A stretch of 64,000 nt of DNA, taken from contig OX597817.1 in assembly GCA_951406725.2 (NCBI GenBank), forward strand, positions 173,972,001-174,036,000, given 5' to 3'. The DNA is from Octopus vulgaris (taxonomy: Eukaryota). Of the stretch, positions 33,836 through 46,669 are shown one piece after another (within the stretch, counting starts at the first letter, position 1; each line of letters opens with the position of its first letter). Under the pieces are notes generated by a model. It did not search any database and was not told the DNA's origin. It was given only the letters and a program-made list of their open reading frames with translations. The position numbers and the translations under genes are program-made.

Positions 33836-36202
33836 ACGCACATCGACACATGTGAAAGGATGGTGCTTTCGTTGCTTGGCTGATATATTCTTGGCAATGA
33901 TTATTTATTTATTGCTATCCGGATCAGTCTCTCTCTAATTTGGCTTGGGTAGGCTTTTGCACAGCTCATTCCTATTTCGTTGGGGGCTGAGTTTCTAAAC
34001 CCGACCAACTCCGCTCCTACACGTGACTCTTGTTATGTATATTTTACTTGTTTTGGTCAATTAAAAAGGAATCTTGCTGTCGACATATTTGGTTTCTGCT
34101 CGGCAACGTTTGGTTTCTTTCTTTTTGCGTTTTACTTTGCTTTTAATTGAGATACCTGCTGCCTATTTATCCAACCAGTTGTTTAAAGCATACAAACAGG
34201 TACCTCCCATTCGCTTGTGAAGCCACATGGTGATCCATTACTGCTTTATAAGTGTATGCTTGTGTGTGAATCTCAATAGTAATTTGTAATTTACTCTTTA
34301 CCAAAATAAGTTTCTGCCCATTACTACGTTTATAGTATTTTCTCTTAGATTTTCAGTTCAGTTTTAAAATGAATTCGTTAAAAATAAATCAAAAAAGACA
34401 AATTACCAGATGAAAAGTTTTCTTTTAACAAATATTTAAATATTGAAATTTTTTTTTTTACAAAAACATATAAAGTGTAATTGTGACGATGAATTCTCAG
34501 AAATCTTTTCGCTTCGTTTATAAATGTTTGCAGATGCTTTTATCTATAAATAACCCACATTTCAAATTTCAAATCATGTTATGGTTTGTTTTCACTTGCC
34601 TCTTCTGGTTTTCTTAATCGATAAATACAAAAGTATGAGATACTTTAGATAGGTTTTATCTTCTCTAGTTTGTAAGATTTTTGTTTAAACTGCATCCAAA
34701 CAATTATTTTAATTAGTGGTTTTACTACTAACACTTTAACATTTTGTTTTACTTTTCTACTTTACCAGTCGTTATAAATCAATTACTTTTGCGGAGGAGA
34801 GGGTACAAATACATTTAAAAAGTTTTTAAAGAACTTGATCGATGAGATCCATAAAAGGGAAAATTCTATAACTATGTTTCTTAGTATTTTGAATGAAAGG
34901 ACTAGAAAATAGACAATTCTTAAGGAAAGTGCAGATGTTTCCAACTTATTACCTAGCCTAGATACACACACACACACACGTGTGTGCTTTGTAACTTATT
35001 AACTAGCATATATGTACACCTTTTTCTCTTTCTCCCCCCTCTCTATGTATGTGTATGATGTATATACATATATATATATATATATGAGGGAAAGATTTGT
35101 AGATTTCCTTTCCAATTATATAGTAATTCTAGCTTTTAGGTAAATTTTTTTTTACATTGTATCATCACAGAATGTGATATAATGTCAAATTAATTCGAGA
35201 GACCCAATAGAAATAGTGGCCAGAGTTGATTGCAGTAACAATCGTCCAATCGTGTTATAATATGTGAAGGCCAGCTCTCATTGCCACAAGGCCGACATCA
35301 CTTGCCAATTACTTCTGTCATCCACATTCATTCGATCTGCTAGAAACAGCAGCCAAATTTCTTTCACGTCCTATTAAAGAAAGAGATTACTGAATGATGC
35401 AAGTTGTGGCCAAGCAACGTCTGAAAATATGTTGGGGTGGTCATTAATGGAGTCGCTCACTTAGAACTCACCTGTAGCAACGTTTGCTATTTAGCTATCT
35501 GTCCTTAACCTCTATTCTTTATCTATTTGCTCAGTTAAATTATTCAAGAAAAACCTTTTTTTAAATTTGTTTTTGAATGTGGAGTTGTCAGACGCCGTAT
35601 TAAATAACATTGAAGAAGTCTGTTCTTTAATTTAGAAAATAAATCGTTTATAGTCCTTCTATTAAAAAGGAAGGTGTGTGGATGAATATCTTTAAAGAAT
35701 TGGCTTGAATTTAAAAACTTATCTCGTTACTTTTGTTCGTTAGCTCACTTCCTTGTCGTGCTAATGAGACGGATAACAAATTGACAAAGGTGTGAGACCT
35801 CGGCGATCGCTTAATATGCAGGAAGTAGCAACCTAAACGTCCTCAAACCACCTTTACCGTCTTTAAATTGGGGAGAACATGTTGGATAATGTATTTTATG
35901 TCGAGGATTCTCAACTTGGGTGTCATCGTATTGATAGTATATACTAGTAATTGATCTAAAAATCTACATATGATAGTGAGAAAGGAAAAATCATAATACT
36001 GTTTTTAATTAGCGTTACCGTGCTTTAAACAAATGTTGAGAGTATTAAATTTATATCGAGTTTGTGAAAAGAGTGGCTGAAAAGATGAATAAAATAACTT
36101 AGAGCTGTACTTGCATTATATTTTGTGTCTGTATATGTATACATATACCTATATATATATCTATATATATATATATATATATCTTTTATTTTATATATAT
36201 GT

Positions 36203-36300
36203 TTCTTTATTACCCACAAGGGGCTACACACAGAGGGGACAAACGAATTAAGTCGATTATATCGATCCCAGTGCGTAACTGGTACTTATTTAATCGACCC
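36203..36300 (-). mobile_element. 3' fragment of SINE family D
   Basis: Minus strand GGGGTCGATTAAATAAGTACCAGT...CTGGGATCGATATAATCGACTTAA. Related pieces at about 13770-13910 (-), 47745-47960 (+) and 54420-54522 (+). Confidence 0.65.
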
Positions 36301-36301
36301 C

Positions 36302-36358
36302 GTTATACACCTGCTTGTTGTTCCCTCACCTGTCTTCCCCCTTTTTTCTGTAAATTTG

Positions 36359-36396
<38 letters not shown>

Positions 36397-36806
36397 TATG
36401 TATGTATGTATAGACATGTATATATATATGTATGTATAGACATGTATATATATATGTATGTATAGACATGTATATATATATGTATGTATAGACATGTATA
36501 TATATATGTATGTATAGACATGTATATATATATGTATGTATAGACATGTATATATATATGTATGTATAGACATGTATATATATATGTATGTATAGACATG
36601 TATATATATATGTATGTATAGACATGTATATATATATGTATGTATAGACATGTATATATATATGTATGTATACACATGTATATATATATGTATGTATACA
36701 CATGTATATATATTTGTACACACACGTATATATATATATATATATAGTTCAAATTTACAGAAAAAAGGGGGAAGACAGGTGAGGGAACAACAAGCAGGTG
36801 TATAAC
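36302..36806. repeat. Perfect 60-bp inverted repeat enclosing (TA)n and a 26-bp minisatellite
   Basis: 36302-36361 is the exact reverse complement of 36747-36806. TAGACATG/TACACATG recurs every 26 bp from 36411 to 36697 (12 copies). Confidence 0.95.
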
Positions 36807-36935
36807 TTTAACATTTGGGATGGATGGAAAAGTCTTTGACGTTTCGAGCCTAAACTCTTCGACTGAAAGGATTGAGACGGTAAAATGGAGAGTGAACGAA
36901 AAAATGTGTAGAGATTAAGGGTTCACCATGATGAA
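36747..36935 (-). mobile_element. About 190-bp hammerhead-motif element (Penelope pLTR-like)
   Basis: Minus strand CTTT-CAGTCGA-A-GAGT-TTAG-GCTC-GAAA-CGTC-AAAG (36834-36869); ends GTAAATTTGAAC at (TA)n. Confidence 0.65.
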
Positions 36936-36967
36936 ATGACCCAGAGATATAACACACACACACACAC

Positions 36968-37381
36968 ATCTTTTGTTTCAGTCATTTGACTGCAGCCATG
37001 CTGGGGCATCACCTCGAAGAGTTTGAGTCAAAACAAATCGATCCCAGGACTTATTCTTTTAAAGCCTAGTACTTATTCTATAGGTCAAACTGTCCAACCC
37101 ATGGACGGTTTGACCTGGAAGGAAGACATTAAATGATGATGATGTCTCTTTTGTCGAACTTTAAGTTACGGGGACGTAAACACACCAGCACCGGATTTTT
37201 TTTGCGGTGGTGGGGTACAGACACACACACACACACACAACTGGCTTCTTTCAGTTTCCGTCTACCAAATCCACTCAAGACTTTGGTCTACCTGAAGCTG
37301 TAGTAGAAGACACTTGCCCAAGGTGACACACAGTGGGACTGAACCCAGAACCATGTGGTTGGGAAGCAAGCTTCTTACCAC
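36968..37381 (-). mobile_element. SINE family A with a short RTE-tail insertion
   Basis: Family A homology, interrupted at about 37083-37144 by GTCCAACCCATG...GATGATGATG. Confidence 0.8.
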
Positions 37382-37436
37382 TGACACTCATACATGCGAA
37401 TACTAATGACATATTAATTAGGTGTTTGTTTTAGAC

Positions 37437-37651
37437 CAATGGTTCTTAAACAAAGCCTCTTAAAATCGGTGTTGCTCCTAACGAGAAGAGAAAGTAGGGT
37501 TTACATCCATATAAATCTTTCTTCACCATGGTTGGACAAATTTACAGAAGTTCAAAACTTGGAATCCTATATATTCATTCGAGTTTATCTACTCCCTTCC
37601 TCAGGGGGCGGGGAAGTGGTGGTAATTGCCCCTTCTGTACGAGAAACACTG
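37437..37651. mobile_element. Possible hAT-like MITE
   Basis: Ends CAATGGTTCT / AGAAACACTG resemble the TIRs of 31267-31445; no clean TSD. Confidence 0.45.
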
Positions 37652-40600
37652 GTCTAACCTCAAGTCGTTTCGATCTGATTACCCCCTCTTTCTTATAGGT
37701 AGGGTTTGAATATCGAATGCGATTCCAACGAGATCTCTTTGCCGATTTGGCGAGGTGAATGACCGCTCCAGTGGCTTCCCTGTCCGTTAAAGATCAGCTG
37801 TCTGGGTTTCGTACACTTTTAATACAACGCTTCCTCTGTAAAAGGGCTTCTGCCAGTCTTCTTTTTTTTACTTTTTATAAAGTTAAATTAACTGATGATT
37901 ACTTTTCCTTCTATTATCACCTGTCGATAATGACACAAGTCTACCTGATCCTCTATTCATATCGTGAATGCTCCGTAAATAAAATTAAACACTATCTTAA
38001 CGCTGTTTTGCATTGAAGTGGCATTGCGTAATCAGACAATTTCTACCAGTATAGGGTTACGTTGTGTATGTGAGTGTATATATATATATATATATATATA
38101 TGTAAGGGCTATGTTAGTGTATATATATGTATGTATGTTTGTAATGTACATATGTGTGTATTGTCGCCCACTTGATTTTATTTTTGACACAAGTGTAAGA
38201 AGACTGATAATTTATCATATTTCTTAAGAAGACAAGATGACCGGGATTTTTTTTATATTAGTCATAGTTGAAAATGTTAAATTTTGCTGGCAAATGTCAA
38301 GGTGAAAGTTAGGCGATAAAATTTGATATAAATAAAAAAATTTCTTCAGAAGGTCTGTCTGTACCAGCGTAGAAATCTGTGAATTATCTTTCCTGTTAAT
38401 CCTGTTAAATCCTGATCAATCTAGTTTAAACAATTGTTTTGTTTTTTGGTCAGCTTTCAACTGTTTATTGTTTCAATTTGTTTATTGTAAATGAATATAA
38501 GTGTAGACAGAATGAAGTAATTGTTTAATGGTTTTGTTATGGTTTTAGTGCTTCTTTCTCTCCCCGTCCGTCTCTTCTTTGGGAAAGTGGTTATTTTATA
38601 CGTTTCTGACTAAATCATTTTGTACATTGCCTTTGTGTGTGATTCTTATGTTTACTAATTGCTCCTTGCCACTGTGCAAATTGTACTCAACCGAAATGAG
38701 TTTATGAGACACGATGAAGTAGTGTAGGTCCGTGCGTGTGTGCGTTAATAATCCTCAAAAGGTAGTGTGACTTTAGGACTTAGAGTTTCGTGCGTTGCCA
38801 CTTATCAATAAGTGTCAACACGCGAAACTCTAATACCGATCATTAATATATATAAAAACAAAAAACAAAAAAACCCAGCACGCACTTATATACACACATT
38901 TTGAGTTTTATTTTTCCTGTTTGCATCACCGACCACACGCACATATATGCCTTGTGTTTTTAACAAAAATTATTATTTAAAAATATATTTGTAAATTCCC
39001 TTTTTTTTTGCTTTTGTGACAATTATTGAATAGTTGAGCCAAGAATACGTTTTAAATTTGTGTTTGTAAACAGCTGGACTCTATTTACCGTCCATGTTGC
39101 TTGCAGTAAAAAACATTTTTAGGTTTGTTCATTGACAGGCATTCACGTCTATCTTTTTTGTTCCTTAAATACATTATTTTAATAATACCATTTAGGCGTT
39201 AATGCAAATAAAGTATTTCAGTGTAAGTAAAATTGACTTTATAACTGGATTTCAAATATATTTCCACGTCACTAATGGCTTTTTAATTTAGTTTTTGTGT
39301 TGGATGCCATTAAGTACTTCCGTATAAGTTATTTTTTCCCGTTTGCCTCAGATAGTTTGCAAGATACCAGATGTTATGACATAATAATATTATTACGACA
39401 TTGCAAGTGCACTCCACCGTCTGAGAGAGAGAGAGGGCAGCAATTAGCTTTCTTCTGCGATTGTTTACCAACATTGCTTGTTTGTTTTGGTCAGTCTTTT
39501 ACTTAAATATTGATTTTTATTAACGTTAGCATTTCATCTTAACAAAAGCCTACCTAATGCTAAATAATTTCAGATACCGGGTGTGGAAGTGGTATTTTAA
39601 AATACTCTTAAAATAGGAAGGAAAGAGAGATGAATTCTGTCGTTAGCTGTAATTATAATAGCAGACAGGTTAATCTATAATCTAATCAACCAGTCTTGTG
39701 AATCATCCTTTTGGTATAGGTATATGAAGGTTTTAAAAGAAGATTTTATGGCTAGTTATTTTCACTTTAAAAGCGTTAAAAGATTGAATGTGAAAATAAA
39801 TCTTTTGGATAAACTTCGAAAGATTTTACTATATTAGTTCACTATTAAAAATTCTTCCGAAAGTGTCTTGTCCATATTTTATTTGGAGACCGGCTGAACT
39901 ATTATCTGTTTATTTATCTTATGTGAAAATTCAATCAATATTTGTCCTTGAGTATTTCTTACGGAAATATTAAGTCCTTGTGTTGATGACTTAGTGAGTT
40001 CATAGTAACGCCAGTCATTGTATTAATTAGGTTATACAGATAAGTTTGTATTCTCACCTGCTTAAACGTACTAGAGGGACCACTACCTGTTCACAGTCAA
40101 GATAACTTGTGAATACGTGTTGAGAGCTAGTTCAGACAAATTTACACAAATGAGGTCCTCTTTTTTTAACCTTAGACTGGACATGCTTTCATGAATGATT
40201 GGAAACAGATGGCATCACTCACATGACGGTGTTGTTCGGCTACAAGACAACACATGAACCCACACACACACACGAGCTTATTCAAAGCGTTGGCCAGTTG
40301 GGGCAGTAACAGAAGATACATACTTAAAGTATCAAACAGTGGCACTGAACCACAAACTATTGTGTGTGTGCATTTGATAAATTAAACAACAACACTCTCT
40401 TGCCTGAAAATTCTGATATGAGTTTATTAGTTTCTGATTTTGTCAGTTTGGGACTACAAAGAAAGATGTGTTGTTTAAACTTAAGAAAAATAGAAAACAA
40501 CTGTTTTTAGTATGATTATTTGGAAATTTAGTAGTTACTAATACAGACCATCATCATTATCATTTGAACATCCACTTTTCATGCATGTTTCGGATGAATT

Positions 40601-42863
40601 TGTTGAGGTGGATTCTCCATGGCTGGACGCTCTTCCTGTTATCAACTATCACCTATTTCCAAGTAAGGTAATATTTCCCCCATGACCAGACATATTCAGA
40701 GGATTGGAAGCAAAGGAGACTGCTTTCATGGCACAACTTACCACACAGCCTTGCCTGATCAATGTCACATTGTATTTTTCATATTTTAAAGGCAAGGTCT
40801 GTGTTGCTATTTCTTGCAATTTTATGTAACCCTTTGCCATTTAGATAACTTTGTCAAATGTACAACTTATCTATGTACATCATTTTGAATTAATCTTGTA
40901 TTATCTTGTATCTTTGACATTTTGATGATATGATTATATATTTTTAGAATGACATTGTAGCATAGGTATGAGAAGCTAGATCTGGTCAGTTTGGACATAA
41001 AACTGGTGGAATATTTGAGCTGGATGAGGCCAGTTTAAATTCTAAAGGGTTAAACAAGGCTCTTGTTTAAATGCCAAGTGGGATAGTTTATTTCATTGCA
41101 TTTAATTTTTTTTATGGCCCAAAATCAGACATATTAAAACTAATTGATTCACATGATGGTTTTAGATTTGTGTTTCAATATAATAGTGAAATTGTTGATA
41201 AATTTTATTACTTGTTTCACTCCAGGAGCATTTTGGACACAGATATCCTCTCTTCTTTTTGAGGTGTAATATTCCAACTTTACTCAGGGAAGGTTTAATT
41301 GTAGAGCCAATCGATATCAAAAAGATATATTCCCATTGATAGGGTAGTCTTTAAGATCTCATTGAAAAGGTTATTATCTTTGATAAAACATTTCTCAGGT
41401 TGTTTGACACTGGCTCCAAGTTAATAAATATTAATTCTACTTATTGCTTCTTTTATTCTTCACTGTGTGGTTGGTATACATCAATATGGTAGTAACTTAT
41501 CATTGAATATCTGCTTTCCATGCTGGCATGGGTTGGATGGCCTGGCAGGAACTGGCAAGGCCAGTTCCATAGTGTTTGTATTGGCTTTGTTTCTATGGCT
41601 GGGTGCTCTTCCTAATACCAACCACTTTATAGAGTGTGCTGGGTATTTTTTATGTGACACCAGCACCCATACCAATGCTTTTTATGTGTCACCTTGGTTT
41701 TAGGACCTCGATTCTGTTGTGGTGGGTGGGTCTTCTTGGGTACAGCATGCAGCACAATTTCAGTGATGGAGGTGTTTGTTTTCAAAGATAAGTATGAGCA
41801 TGACATATCATCTCTATAGATTTAAGGCTTTAGAATTTTTCAAAGTCATCCTTTTATCGCTTGGATGGTCAGTCATTTAATTCACTAAGCATGAAAGAGG
41901 GGAGCTTAGTATGAATGACTTTGGAGTAGCTTTTATAGTAGACTAGACTAGATTAGGAAGTTAGTAGAGAGAGTCACTGCTGATGTGTGTTGTTTAGACA
42001 TGTGAAAAAAGTGATTGCATTCATTGGTTAGTTTTAATGATTATAAAACATCCAACTACTGCAGGTGTGAAGTTAATGTTTAGTTCTTTTGGAGCGGTAA
42101 TTGTATGGTTATCATTTTGATTTGTGTAAAGGGAAGATTTATTCTTGGAAATTTTTAAATGACATACAGGACATGCTTGCATACAGTACCTTTTAAACCT
42201 TTAGCATTTAAACCAGCCGTATCCTGCCCAAATATTCTACCTGTTGTATGTTCAAACTGGCCAGATCCAGCCTCTCACATCCACCCTGCAATGTCATTCT
42301 AAAGATCAACAATCACGTCATCAAAATCTTGAAGCTATGAGATAAAGCAGGATTAATTCAAAATAATGTGAATAAATAGGCATTACATTTGACAGAGTAA
42401 TCCGAATGCTTAAGAATTAAACTAGTATTGATCAGAGTAGAATTGTAGTAATTCTAAGATAATGTATAATTTTTATTTTTAATGTCCCACATTACAGCTG
42501 AAATGGTGGACCATGTTTCGCTCTCCCCACCTTTTTTTTTTTTAATTTGTCATTTCGTTATTTAGTATTGTTTTACGAGAAAGTGATAAACCTTGGGTAA
42601 TAAATCTGATTAAAGAAACCAGGGAGATAATACTGCAAATTTTTATAGTTCCAATAATGACACCAACTGCTTTTTGATGGGATTCCTTCTTAATGGCCAA
42701 AAGGATACTTTTTGTTTCATGTGGAATCTCTCTTTACAACAAAAGCAATAAAAGCCTTTCAATAAGAATGCAGCTTTTACATTCCACTACTACCATTTCT
42801 CTATTTGGAGTTTCTCATTAATAGGGAATCAAACCTACAATCTCACCTTGATGATAGCTAGTG

Positions 42864-44753
42864 ATTTCGATGGTCACATTGTGAAACTCCATTTTGATTT
42901 GGCCTGCTGGTGTACAAGAGACGTGTGACCGTGTACAAGCAGGCAGTAGGAAACATATTTGTTTGCTAGAAGTGGTAAATGTATTCCATGACTTTGAGGA
43001 CCTTATTAATGATGGAAGTGGCAGTATAGGACCTAGAGTATCAAAGAGGGGGATGAAGTGCTGTTTATTTTGGCCATAAAAGTCTTTTTTTCTTTCCTTT
43101 TATGTTGAAAGCTGTGATACTGCATATTAATGAGACAAGGTCACTGAATGAGGAAGGTTTGTGGAGATCGGATAGAAATTAAATATGATCTCATTAGATA
43201 TTTACTGGTAATTTACACGAAAGGCTGAGAGCGTCAAGAAGTCAAGAACATGTTTGCAGGCAAAATGACTGCCTGTAAGGCAATGTGATCTCAATGTATA
43301 ATGAATGCTGGGTGAAAATGTGCCGTGTAATAAGAAGACTTGAGAAGCATGAAATTGATCCTAATATGTCAAACCTCACAGGTGAAATAACGAATGATTA
43401 ACAAGCTTAATATGCTGTACAAATAGATCCAAGCAACTTAAACCAGTGTAACAAAAATATATATCATAATGATGATAATGGATACTGTGAAAGGGTGGTT
43501 TTGGTGGTTACATCAAACCAAAATACCCATCAATCCATCTTATTTGCCCACTATTCATGGGATATCTTGTCATTGGGGTGGAGTCCTCAAGCATCTCCTC
43601 CATAGGGTCCTTCCAGAAGCATCCATTGTTAGACTTTCTGGCTGGATTCCCAAGTGTGACCCAGTGAGACTATGGATATCATCCAACCATCATGTTTTTG
43701 GCTTACCCCTGGGTCTCCTACCAGTTGTCTTGAAGGATCCATCTTGCAATTCTTTCTTGCAATATAAAAAGAGTGAACCCAAACAGCAAATGTTGAAATA
43801 GATTTTATTTTTTCTGAATGTAAATTGTAGTTCAAATGAGTCATCAAACAGAGACATTATAATTTAAGAACATGTAATAGACAACCAAAGCAATGTATGT
43901 CAGTAACATAGACAAATATCTATCTTCCTTACAGGTTTTGTATGTTGCTGGTGAAATTACAATTATTTTTGACAGCAATTGGCTTAGTTAATATTTCTGT
44001 AACATTTATACATGTTATTGATATGTATCAGACTTCACTCGGCTGGTGTTCTAGTTGCAGTCACTTGTCTTTGTTTTAAGCATTTTGTCTTCAAATTTGT
44101 CACTAAAACCTATTATTTTGATGTGAAAGATAATATGTGAGAGAAATGAACATTTTCATCTTCATGGCTAAGGGACAGTGACCTCATGCAAAACCTCCAT
44201 TCTTTGCCATACACTGGTCTTCTGCTGCACACCCCCAGGATCTTCTCTATCCACTCCAACTTCACTGCAACTTCATCTTTGTTACTTGCGAGTCCATCCC
44301 TTGAGAATGTGGGCTCAGAAGTCATGGGCCCTGATAATGTGACCATAATATTATAGTTCTCATTGTAACATTGTCATCAGAGTTAGGTCTACTCCCATCT
44401 CCTCCAGAACTGAATTGCTCATTGTACAGGCCATCCACTGGTCCCTTTTGCTTCTCTGTAGATCAGGGTTTTTAGAAGTTTCTGCTTGGTACTTTTGCTG
44501 ACTTAGTACAGTCTCTCCATATTGTATTGAGTGACCTTGGAGTTGATCTTTCTGTGCCAAATTTTGCTCTGATTTCCTGATTACAGACTGTTTGGTTGTT
44601 AACAGTGGAGCTCAGCTATTTGAAATCATCACCATTTTGATGATCACATTGTGAAACTCCATTTTGAGCTGGTATGCTGGTGTACAAGAAACATGTGACT
44701 GTGTACAAGCAGGCAGTAGGAAACATATTTGTTTGCTAGAAGTGGTAAATGTA
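42864..44753. repeat. About 120-bp direct repeat pair (42864-42983 and 44634-44753)
   Basis: TCACATTGTGAAACTCCATTTTGA...GTGTACAAGCAGGCAGTAGGAAACATATTTGTTTGCTAGAAGTGGTAAATGTA in both copies; offset 1770 bp. Confidence 0.9.
43530..43735 (-). mobile_element. RTE-type LINE C-terminal fragment
   Basis: Minus strand GRRPRGKPKTWWLDDIHSL, the RTE/Expander GRR.RGRP..RW.D motif. Confidence 0.6.
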
Positions 44754-46589
44754 CCTTGAAGTATAGCAAATATGAGTGGGTGTGAAGGATGAGAGTATGC
44801 CCTGATACCTTGTCACTACCATCTTTTATCCCTCTTTCCAGCTGGCATAGCCATATTTCTCATTAACAGCAAGCCACCAGTTTCTCTATTGTACTTTAGC
44901 CTCTTAACACTTAGCATAAAGCTACCTACCTCTCTCTCTCTCTCTCTCTCTACTTCACCCTCAGTCATTTTTTTTGGAGGAGGTGGTCTTGTGAGTTACT
45001 AGTGGCTTTACTAGTACCTGTACACTTTGTAAAGTGGTTGGTGTTAGGAAACACATCTAGCCATAGAAACCATGCCATATATGAAGATGTTCTTGTTTTC
45101 TGTATATATATATATATATACACACACACATGAGATAGTTGGTTATGGTTTGAGGGATACGTAGCAGTTATTTCTATCAGATTTAGCTTCCTGATACAAT
45201 GTTATCCTGAATTACTCATTCTTATGAAGTGTGTATAAGCCATGGCTATCTTTTTCTTTCTTGCAGGAATAAATTATTCATTTACTGTTCACTGTGAACT
45301 ATCAGTAAAATTGTGCAATACCCCCACCACTATAATATGTGTGTGTGGAAATGAAACGAATTTTTGAAAAATTTTTATGAGTAGTATTGCAATGCTCTAA
45401 TTTAAAACGTAAATCAGAAAAATATTTTTATATTAAATGTCAAAACTGGGAAGATTATGACTGGTTAGGTGCTTCGAAAATGAGAGAGAAGGTGGGAAAA
45501 ATTGAACTTTTGGAAAATTAGTGTTGCAGGTTTGTTATCTCTTGTGTTTAAAAGATAATTTTGAAAAATGTTTGGGAAAGAAGTCAAAAGAAGTCACTCT
45601 GTACTACGGGGTGGGGTTGCATTTCACACAACTCCACTCTATTACATGGTTTGTTTTTGTTCTTTCTTCCTTGTTCATATTCCATGGCATATTGTGTTTT
45701 TCTTCCTGGTTGACAACTTTACGACAGTGCTATAAAATTTCTTATAATGATCACTTTCTTATCTTTTTTTTGGGGATTTCCACTGTTACAAATACCAGCT
45801 AATGTTGACCCTCAGAATGACTGGAATTGAGGTAAAAATGTGGGGAGCTGAAACTGAGAACTGTTTTAACTTGTGTCACTCTATGACCAAAGACTGGCCT
45901 TTTTGAGGTCAAAAGAAACTTAAAAAAAGATTGGAGAAAAAAGTGAAGAAAGCAAGATGCAACCAGAAGCGGCCAGACTCTTTGCTGACTCTTTTGTGCC
46001 ATCTTTGTTCCCACCTGTTTCATGCAATGGTTGTTCTTCTCAGTCATCAACATGGAGGAACCAGTCAAGAGAAAACTGAAATTCTCAAATATAAGAAATG
46101 ATCACCAATGATACACACATGGATGTGTGATTTAGAAGTTCATTTCACAACTATGTGGCTTCGGGTTCAGTCCCTCTTAGGGCACCCTGGGCAAATGTCT
46201 TTTATCATAGATCTGGGTTGATCAATACCTTTGGAATGAATTTGGTTGGTAGGAACTAAATAAAAGCCTGTTGAATATATGTGTGTGTGTGTGAATATTA
46301 ATATTTCATAGTTTTGTCATCGTCTCATCAAAATGGTGATAGGTTTACTTTTGTTGTTAACCTTATGACCAGTCACTATGCTTATGAAGACCTGTAGAAT
46401 AAAGGCAATCTCTTATTTGAAAAACAGTTGTGGGTTGGTGATAAGAAGAGCTTCTGGTTGTCAAATCATAACTCAAATGGATCCCCATCCAACTCCAGCT
46501 AATATGGAGAAAACAGACATTGAAAGAACAAATGGAGGGATCTCATCTCGCTCTCATATTTCTCTAGGATTTGTTATATACCTCTTTCT

Positions 46590-46669
<80 letters not shown>

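Noticed and set aside
34964-34987. (CA)n-CG-(TG)n palindromes (also 56033-56060) and short TAGCAAAAA hairpins near 53850-53890
   Set aside because: Low-complexity inversions expected in microsatellite-rich, AT-rich DNA.
36411-36710. Regular 26-bp repeats as a CRISPR-like array
   Set aside because: Head-to-tail units with no unique spacers, in a eukaryotic intron.
36326-36752. ORFs of 104-131 aa rich in Y/I/H/T/C
   Set aside because: Translations of the TA-rich 26-bp minisatellite.
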